Shown here: positions 25,776 through 32,000 of the stretch, piece by piece
How positions within the stretch are numbered: the first letter of the stretch is position 1
Layout of the letters: each line of letters begins with the position of its first letter
Assembly (NCBI GenBank): GCA_048886185.1
Contig: JBHLKY010000025.1
Coordinates: 1-32,000, forward strand
Reading direction: 5' to 3'
DNA from: Candidatus Hermodarchaeota archaeon
GTDB lineage: Archaea > Asgardarchaeota > Heimdallarchaeia > Hodarchaeales > Hodarchaeaceae
DNA: 32,000 nucleotides
Program-made: the position numbers and the translations under genes
Notes under the pieces: model-generated
What the model was told of the DNA's origin: nothing
Databases searched by the model: none
Seen by the model: the letters and a program-made list of their open reading frames with translations, nothing else

Positions 25776-26858
25776 ATGGATTTCTGTTTCATGAGAAAGA
25801 TTCTTGAAGATCAAATGAACCTAAAAATTTTAGAATTAGTATGTGCGGGTGAAGGAGTTACTGCTAATACTACTGAGCTTTCAAAAATTCTAGGTAAACA
25901 TAGAAATACAATAAAAAATAATATTGATAAGCTTTTTGAACACAAAATTATAGAAAAACCTTTTTATCCTTTCTCTTATCTTTTCAAAGAATGGCCTCTT
26001 CTTGTCATTGAAAAAGCGACTTTTCAAAGAAATTTGAAAACAAACGTATTTATTGAAAAGGATCCAGTTATATGGGCAGCTTTTTTTGTCAAGGAAAATG
26101 AATATAATACATTATTAATTGAATTTCATAAGGACCTACATTCTTATCAAAATTGGAAAGAAAGTATAATCACAGAGGCAAAAATTACTCTCAAGGAAGA
26201 AATTTATCCTTCAGAAGCATATTTTTTAACAATGAAAAATCTGATTAAATATGATCCAACTATCGCAGTTCAAATACTAGAAATTAATTATAAGAATCAA
26301 CATCATACAGTATTAAATGGATTAAGAATTAATGACTTCAGACTTGAACTCATTAAACTTCTTTTAAATGGGAAAGGGATTAGAACTAATGAATATCACA
26401 TAAGTGAAATACTTAATGTCCATCGACGTACTGTTAAACGTCGGATTGATAAATTGTTGGATCATAGAGTAATTGATAATCCAGTTTGTTGTTTCCCTCG
26501 AGTTTGGGTACCACCAGAATACTTTTTGGTCTTCTCTCTCTTTGAAATAAAAAATAAGAAGGAATTATTATTGAGAGCATTAAAAAATGATCCACATATA
26601 CCAATTCTTTTCAGAGCCATAGTAGATAGATTTAATCTTGCTTTATTTGGCAATTTTTACAAAATGGAAGATTTTTTAGAGTGGGCTGAGGAATATGATC
26701 AAAGATTTCCAGGATGTATTGGAGCCGTGAAAAATACATTTCTCTCACCCTCCATGACATTCTCCATTGCCCATAACTATGTTACTCTCACTTTTCTTCA
26801 GAATATTGCTAATCGTTTACGAGGTAAGGCTTTTGTAGAAATGATGAAAGAAAAGTAA
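25776..26858 (+). CDS. Transcriptional regulator with two tandem winged-HTH + effector (Lrp/AsnC-like) modules
   Basis: Two HTH segments (NTTELSKILGKHRNTIKNNIDKL and NEYHISEILNVHRRTVKRRIDKL), each followed by a RAM-like alpha/beta domain. The start may be ATG 25791. Confidence 0.75.
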   Translation: MDFCFMRKILEDQMNLKILELVCAGEGVTANTTELSKILGKHRNTIKNNIDKLFEHKIIEKPFYPFSYLFKEWPLLVIEKATFQRNLKTNVFIEKDPVIWAAFFVKENEYNTLLIEFHKDLHSYQNWKESIITEAKITLKEEIYPSEAYFLTMKNLIKYDPTIAVQILEINYKNQHHTVLNGLRINDFRLELIKLLLNGKGIRTNEYHISEILNVHRRTVKRRIDKLLDHRVIDNPVCCFPRVWVPPEYFLVFSLFEIKNKKELLLRALKNDPHIPILFRAIVDRFNLALFGNFYKMEDFLEWAEEYDQRFPGCIGAVKNTFLSPSMTFSIAHNYVTLTFLQNIANRLRGKAFVEMMKEK

Positions 26859-27221
26859 TATTCTAAAGCGATTTGTTAGAACAAATATTTTAATCCCTTT
26901 ATTTGGTTTTGTTATAATTGAAGTGTACCATTCACCTCATTAAAAATGATAGAAGATATATTAACAAAAGTTTAGACCATATTTATTAAATTAGAATATC
27001 TCCATTATCATTTCTGTGCTGCATCAGGAGTTTCATGTCCTAGAGTACCACACTGACCTTCTTCAGAAATCTTAGGTTTTTGATTGAAACTCAATTATCT
27101 TAGGAAATAACAAATTAACAATATTCTCTTTTTTCAATTCAGTCAAAATGATCTTAGTAAAAAACCTTAGAATATAGCAAGGGGTCAATTAAACAATTCT
27201 TTTATGTTTTATTAGCAATTC

Positions 27222-27680
27222 TTATTTTTGCTTTAATATTTCTAATGCCTTTACAGCTCCAAGTATAATTGCTTCTGGTTTAGGTGGGCACCCTGGAACT
27301 TTGATATCAGTATTAACAAGATTAACTACAGGAGCGCGAACAGAATACCCATCTTTAGCAAAAATACCTCCACTACACGCACATGTCCCAATTGCAACAA
27401 CAACTTTCGGTTCTGGGACTTGACTAACTACCCTCTTAAAGGATTCTACTAATTGTGCTGGAACAGTTCCAGTTACTAATAGAATATCACTATGGCGCGG
27501 ATTATTCATTAATTTCATGCCAAAACGTTCAATGTCATATCGGGGAGTAATACAAGCAGCAACTTCAATATCACAGCCATTACAACCACCACAAGGCATA
27601 TGGTAAACCCAAGGAGACTTTTTCCGTGCCCACGAAATAATTTTATCAAGAGATCCGAAATTCTTCTTGTTTTTTATCAT
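27222..27680 (-). CDS. Group 4 [NiFe]-hydrogenase small subunit (NuoB/EchC-like)
   Basis: CGGCNGCDIEV, RYDIERFG, PRHSDILLVTG, GTCACSGG and VPGCPPKPE. Confidence 0.93.
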   Translation of the reverse strand: MIKNKKNFGSLDKIISWARKKSPWVYHMPCGGCNGCDIEVAACITPRYDIERFGMKLMNNPRHSDILLVTGTVPAQLVESFKRVVSQVPEPKVVVAIGTCACSGGIFAKDGYSVRAPVVNLVNTDIKVPGCPPKPEAIILGAVKALEILKQK

Positions 27681-27691
27681 TAAATTCTACC

Positions 27692-28354
27692 TCAATGCCT
27701 TAAAGTGGCATAATCCATCACTAAAACGGATCCAGTTGCTTTATATTGCCCATTTATGACTGATACGAAAATTATAGCGATGAAAATCTGTAGTCCGTTT
27801 AGTATAATCGATATTGCTGGTGTCACAAGACCAAGTGAATTGATTACAATATGTGCTCCATTTTGGATAGCCAATAAACCAACTCCTGTCTTAAAGAGAT
27901 TATTCTCTGTAATCACTAGAGCAAAACCAAGAATCAAAATCATACTTCCCAAAGTAAGAACTGAAATTTCTATCTGAGAGGTTATTATAGTAGGAAAGAC
28001 ATTCATGATAACGAAATAGCAGGATCCGAGAACAACGAGAAAGATTTCATAAACTACCATGGAAGAAAAGATCTTTCGGGTTGGTTCATTTGTAGTTTTA
28101 TAAATACACACCCATAAGATACTAGCGGAAATGATGACTGAAAGAATTGTTACGATGTTGGATATCACATGAGGACTGATGATCAAGCTATTATCCTCCA
28201 TCTCAAGGCTCAAATAAATATTGGAAAGTAATAAGGTAACTATCATCCAATAGAGGCTGTTAGTTGGTCGTTTAGCCTGGTAGGAGAAAATACCTGGTAT
28301 ATTAAGCATAAGGGCCATAAGTAGATTTAATTGGAGAAATGCCATTATCAACAC
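27692..28354 (-). CDS. Hydrogenase membrane subunit (HyfE-like)
   Basis: Multi-pass hydrophobic protein with GLLAIQNG and a C-terminal LRH, located inside the hydrogenase operon. Confidence 0.65.
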   Translation of the reverse strand: MLIMAFLQLNLLMALMLNIPGIFSYQAKRPTNSLYWMIVTLLLSNIYLSLEMEDNSLIISPHVISNIVTILSVIISASILWVCIYKTTNEPTRKIFSSMVVYEIFLVVLGSCYFVIMNVFPTIITSQIEISVLTLGSMILILGFALVITENNLFKTGVGLLAIQNGAHIVINSLGLVTPAISIILNGLQIFIAIIFVSVINGQYKATGSVLVMDYATLRH

Positions 28355-28912
28355 CTAATACAGTTTTTTTATATGTAAACCTAATTCATTTGCTTTCATT
28401 TTACGACATTTTGGGCAGTAAAGACGGGCTATTTCAAATTCATTACGAATGATTTTTCTCTTGTTCTCATCTATAATTGGTGTATCCTCGAGTTTCTTTT
28501 GTATCCAATCAAGATGTTTAATTGTTGCAAAAGATTCCTTACAGTTTTCACATAACTGCATATCAAGGATTATTATTAATTCAGAAGTATCCTGATCAGC
28601 TTGAACACTCATATCAAAAACCTGACTCATTTCTAATGATTCTGTTGGACAGCTTTTTACACATGTTTCACAAAAAATACATGCTCCAGGATCATAATAT
28701 AAATACCTTTTACTCTCATTATCAACGAATTTATAAGCAAAGGAAGGACATACTTGTAAACAGGCACCACAGCCAATACATGTATCTTGGTCAAGCTGAA
28801 CTTTACCCTTGAATCCTTTTGGTAAATGATCAGGCGGAGAAGCGGGAAATTTAGTTGTAGAAGGATTTAAGAATGATTTAAAGACCTCTACTACTGTTTT
28901 AATATTTGGCAT
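28355..28912 (-). CDS. Hydrogenase ferredoxin-like subunit (NuoI/HyfH/EchF-like)
   Basis: CIGCGACLQVCP and CIFCETCVKSCP, plus CENC...CPKC. Confidence 0.9.
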   Translation of the reverse strand: MPNIKTVVEVFKSFLNPSTTKFPASPPDHLPKGFKGKVQLDQDTCIGCGACLQVCPSFAYKFVDNESKRYLYYDPGACIFCETCVKSCPTESLEMSQVFDMSVQADQDTSELIIILDMQLCENCKESFATIKHLDWIQKKLEDTPIIDENKRKIIRNEFEIARLYCPKCRKMKANELGLHIKKLY

Positions 28913-28943
28913 ATGGGATTCTCCTTAAACTCTTGTTAAAATT

Positions 28944-29945
28944 TCAAATATTTGTAGTGATAACTAGTAAAAGTGGATCTACAAGTGCTAAAACAACAAT
29001 GCTTGTGAGGACTATTTTAAATGCTTGATCTATTCTAAATCGTGGACTAATTGCATCAATGAAGCTTATTACAAAAACTAACCCAAAACATTTAATGAGA
29101 AAAACAATAATATTAAGAGGAACTTGAAGATTATTACCACCACCAAGGAAAATAAGTGTGAAAAGACCAGAAAAAGCAAACCACATAATATATTTTGTAA
29201 CCACGATCAAACCTAGAAGAGCTCCACTGTATTCTGTGAGTGGGCCATCTATAATTTCCTGACGGGCCTCAACCATATCAAAAGGACGAATACCAAGCTT
29301 AACAATTAAACAAACCAGAACTGCGACGGCTGCGAATGGAAATTTAAAGATGAACCACATAGAATTGGTTTGTACCTCCTCAATTGCCGCAAAGTTGAAA
29401 GCACCGAGAATATTCTGTTGTAACATAAATAAGCTTGGTGTCAATAGAGCGAGGGCAAGTGGTAATTCAACCGCAATGATCATAGATCCCTCTCGACTTG
29501 CGCCAACTGTTGAAAATGGATTACCTGAAGCTGTACCACCAATAATTAGTCCAATAGCTGGAAAGAGTAAGAATGTTATTACTAGGACTAGATCTCCGTA
29601 CTCTAGCAATTCACCTAGTCCACTCAGAAATGATTCTCCAAGTAGTCTGATTGGAAAAAGAAGGCATACCATATATGCCCCTGTTAGAGCAATTAAGGGA
29701 CCCAAATAAAAGTAAAAACGATTCGCTGTTACTGGTACTATCTGATCTTTAGAGAAAAGTTTGAGGAGATCACTCCAAGACTGGCTGAATGGGGGACCAC
29801 GCCGAGATTGAAAACGAGCTATTACCTTTCTGTTGAACCAGGACATTACTCCTCCAAAAAAGATGGCACCTATCAGGCCTGGGAAGATCAATATGTCAAA
29901 TGTTAAATATATTAGATCAATCAGGATATTAATAATTTCACTCAA
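28944..29945 (-). CDS. Hydrogenase membrane anchor (NuoH/HyfC/EchB-like)
   Basis: RKVIARFQSRRGPP, DLLKLFSK, GASRE, PFDMVEARQEIIDGPLTEYSG and PRFRIDQ. Confidence 0.92.
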   Translation of the reverse strand: MSEIINILIDLIYLTFDILIFPGLIGAIFFGGVMSWFNRKVIARFQSRRGPPFSQSWSDLLKLFSKDQIVPVTANRFYFYLGPLIALTGAYMVCLLFPIRLLGESFLSGLGELLEYGDLVLVITFLLFPAIGLIIGGTASGNPFSTVGASREGSMIIAVELPLALALLTPSLFMLQQNILGAFNFAAIEEVQTNSMWFIFKFPFAAVAVLVCLIVKLGIRPFDMVEARQEIIDGPLTEYSGALLGLIVVTKYIMWFAFSGLFTLIFLGGGNNLQVPLNIIVFLIKCFGLVFVISFIDAISPRFRIDQAFKIVLTSIVVLALVDPLLLVITTNI

Positions 29946-31201
29946 GAATTCAACCTTCTAAAGTTTTTGATATTATTTTGAGCAAGTTCTCTTAACGAAA
30001 GTTGTTTTGTTTTATTTCCATTAATATCTTTAATAAAAATCACTCGATCAGTACAGGAAAGACAAGGGTCGATGCTTCCAAAGATTATTGGTGCATCAGC
30101 AATAGTATATCCTTTTAACATTGAAGGAACGGCATAATTATTTATTAAAGATGGTGTCCTAATTCGTACTCTTTCAGGACAGGCTGTATCATTAGTAATA
30201 ATATGATATGCTAATTCACCACGAGGAGGTTCGCTTTTGAATAAAGCTTCTATGCCACTTTCTATTGGTGGTAGACTCTCAAGTGCGATCTCATTACTTG
30301 AACTATCAGAGAGTTTATCCAAACTTTGATCAATGATCGAAAGACTCTCAAAGAGCTCGTGAACACGGACGACTAATCGGGCGAGAACGTCACCATCCTT
30401 TTGAACACAGATTTTCCAATCAAGTTCATCATATGCCAAGATTGGACTGTCTTTTCTTGAATCAATGTTCAATCCAGAAGCCCTAGCTACTGGACCAACA
30501 ACACCAAATCTCCGTGCATCATTAGAAGTAGTGACTCCTATACCTTTAAGGCGAGATTCTACTATTCGATCGGATAATGCTTGTGATGCGATATTACTAA
30601 CTATTTTCTTAACTTCTCGTGTCATTTTACGAATCTTAGGAATCAAATCATTCGGAATGTCCCGTCGGACGCCACCAATTGTCTGCATTCCATAATTGAC
30701 CCTATTTCCAGAAATCAACTCCAATAAATCCATCACAGCTTCACGATCACGCCAAGAGTGCATAAAAAGTGTCTCAAAACCTATTAAATCAGCTGCCACA
30801 CCAAGCCATAGTAAATGGGAGTGCAATCGTTCTAATTCAAGAAAGATGGTTCTGATATATCGTGCTCGATCAGGAATTTCAGATTCTACTCCTAAAAGTC
30901 GTTCCACACAACCAGTATATGTAGTTGCATGATGATTGCTACAAATCCCGCAAACTCGTTCTGCTATGAATATATTGCGATTATAATTTCTTTTTTCCAT
31001 AATATGTTGAATTCCTCTATGACTGAATCCAACTTTGATATTTGCCTCAATGATTGTTTCACCATCACAGTGGAGAGTTAAGAAAACTGGTTCAATCAAT
31101 GCAGGATGGAATGGACCAATAGGAACAGTTAAAACTCTTTTAATTTCTGAAGTGGGAATTTCTATTGGTTCTTGATTTTTCTTTGCGCTCATTCTCATCA
31201 T
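29942..31201 (-). CDS. Group 4 [NiFe]-hydrogenase large subunit (NuoD/EchE/HycE-like)
   Basis: Both Ni-binding motifs are present (ERVCGICSNHH and DPCLSCTDR), together with PIGPFHP..EP, PPRGEL and RTPS. A C-terminal extension follows the second motif. Start at ATG 31201, 31198 or 31192. Confidence 0.93.
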   Translation of the reverse strand: MMRMSAKKNQEPIEIPTSEIKRVLTVPIGPFHPALIEPVFLTLHCDGETIIEANIKVGFSHRGIQHIMEKRNYNRNIFIAERVCGICSNHHATTYTGCVERLLGVESEIPDRARYIRTIFLELERLHSHLLWLGVAADLIGFETLFMHSWRDREAVMDLLELISGNRVNYGMQTIGGVRRDIPNDLIPKIRKMTREVKKIVSNIASQALSDRIVESRLKGIGVTTSNDARRFGVVGPVARASGLNIDSRKDSPILAYDELDWKICVQKDGDVLARLVVRVHELFESLSIIDQSLDKLSDSSSNEIALESLPPIESGIEALFKSEPPRGELAYHIITNDTACPERVRIRTPSLINNYAVPSMLKGYTIADAPIIFGSIDPCLSCTDRVIFIKDINGNKTKQLSLRELAQNNIKNFRRLNS

Positions 31202-31202
31202 C

Positions 31203-31631
31203 TCAGGATACTTTTGGCCATTCATATGGAAGAATCAATCGGTAAGGAGTAGGATGACCTATGAACTCAACTCCTACCATTTCACAAATTTCTCTCTCAA
31301 AAAAATTTGCTGCAGGAATCAATGGAGTAATCGATTTAATTGAAGAATTATTTGCTGGAATCCAAGTCCGTAATATAACAATAAAATTTTTTAGAATCTT
31401 TTCTAGGGAAAAGATATACATTAACTCAATTTTATTGAATTGAATACGTGAAGCATTGATTGTAACAAGTCTAGCTTTTTGTTGAGTAAATAAATATGAA
31501 GGAACATGAGCTATACCCGATGATTTGATTTCCACTCCATATTGGTGGGGTTGTACCTCCCAGTATTTAATAAAATCAGGTCCGCATTCTGTTTTGATTG
31601 CTTCAAGTGTTTCTTTAACAATACTATCCAT
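31203..31631 (-). CDS. Hydrogenase NuoC/EchD-like subunit
   Basis: SITPLIPAANFFEREICEMVGVEFIGHP..RLILPYEWP. ATG 31631 behind gaggtg. Confidence 0.88.
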   Translation of the reverse strand: MDSIVKETLEAIKTECGPDFIKYWEVQPHQYGVEIKSSGIAHVPSYLFTQQKARLVTINASRIQFNKIELMYIFSLEKILKNFIVILRTWIPANNSSIKSITPLIPAANFFEREICEMVGVEFIGHPTPYRLILPYEWPKVS

Positions 31632-31644
31632 AAAATATCTCACC

Positions 31645-32000
31645 TCAAGCAAGTAAAACAATAGTTGCGAGAAGTATAGTTGCACCAGCTGTTATATACC
31701 AAAGATAAGAAGTTAATCGCCCCGAATGGAAAAATTTGAAAAAATTGAGAATGGGTTTTGAAGCAAATTCAAATGGTGATGAGGGGACATATATCTGGCC
31801 TAACGACAGATAAGGAGGATCATAAAGGCCTCCTGTGAATGGAAGATTTGTTGAAGAAGATGTCCTTATAGTTTCATAACTAGGAGTTTCTCTAATTGTC
31901 GGTTTTCTGCCTGATACACGGTACAAAAGTAAACCAAAAATTAATCCAATAAGAATCAAAATTGTCGCTGAAATTGGTGAATAAACTCCCGAAATTGTCT
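31645..32000 (-). CDS. C-terminal part of an antiporter-like hydrogenase membrane subunit (HyfB/EchA/NuoL-like), truncated by window edge
   Basis: The frame is open to the window end. PFTGG and HSGRLTSYLWY followed by a final TM helix are typical of HyfB/EchA C-termini. Confidence 0.7.
   Translation of the reverse strand, partial: TISGVYSPISATILILIGLIFGLLLYRVSGRKPTIRETPSYETIRTSSSTNLPFTGGLYDPPYLSLGQIYVPSSPFEFASKPILNFFKFFHSGRLTSYLWYITAGATILLATIVLLA

Noticed and set aside
166-31443. The many short antisense or alternate-frame ORFs in the track (e.g. 166-390, 215-649, 5148-5375, 8987-9364, 11443-11766, 24997-25344, 29350-29709)
   Set aside because: They lie wholly inside well-supported genes and show no recognisable motifs.
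1-32000. CRISPR arrays, tRNA/rRNA genes, transposases, integrases
   Set aside because: No regularly spaced repeats, cloverleaf patterns, rRNA-like GC-rich tracts or recombinase motifs were seen by eye. tRNAscan/Infernal were not run.

Overview
AT-rich window, almost certainly archaeal: it has split archaeal-type glutamate synthase subunits, an FrhB-family protein, MvhD and GGAGG/GAGGTGA ribosome-binding sites. An Asgard origin is plausible but only inferred. Nearly all of it encodes redox metabolism. (1) Plus strand, 2-14007: 3' part of etfA; a FadF/EMO-type membrane cytochrome-b/FeS protein; a TauE/SafE transporter; then hdrC, hdrB, a short HdrA, an HdrD-like protein, a tandem double-FAD HdrA (HdrL-type), mvhD, a second short HdrA, and a Cys-rich DUF2096-like ORF. 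(2) Minus strand, 25460-14294, an apparently continuous ~11 kb operon: a glutamate dehydrogenase whose Schiff-base Lys is replaced by Gln, a stand-alone TIR protein, an HdrL-MvhD fusion, a divergent FrhB-like protein, glutamate synthase domains 3 and 2 (no amidotransferase domain in the window), a small ORF interrupted by TGA, methanogen-type hdrC and hdrB, and an orphan. (3) A divergently transcribed tandem Lrp/AsnC-like regulator. (4) The 3' part of a group 4 membrane-bound [NiFe]-hydrogenase operon. The best candidate for an undescribed system is block 2: an Hdr/F420-linked glutamate-synthase-like complex co-transcribed with a probable GDH pseudoenzyme and a TIR domain. No rRNA, tRNA, CRISPR array or mobile element was recognised. 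All family calls come from motif recognition by eye; no database searches were run.
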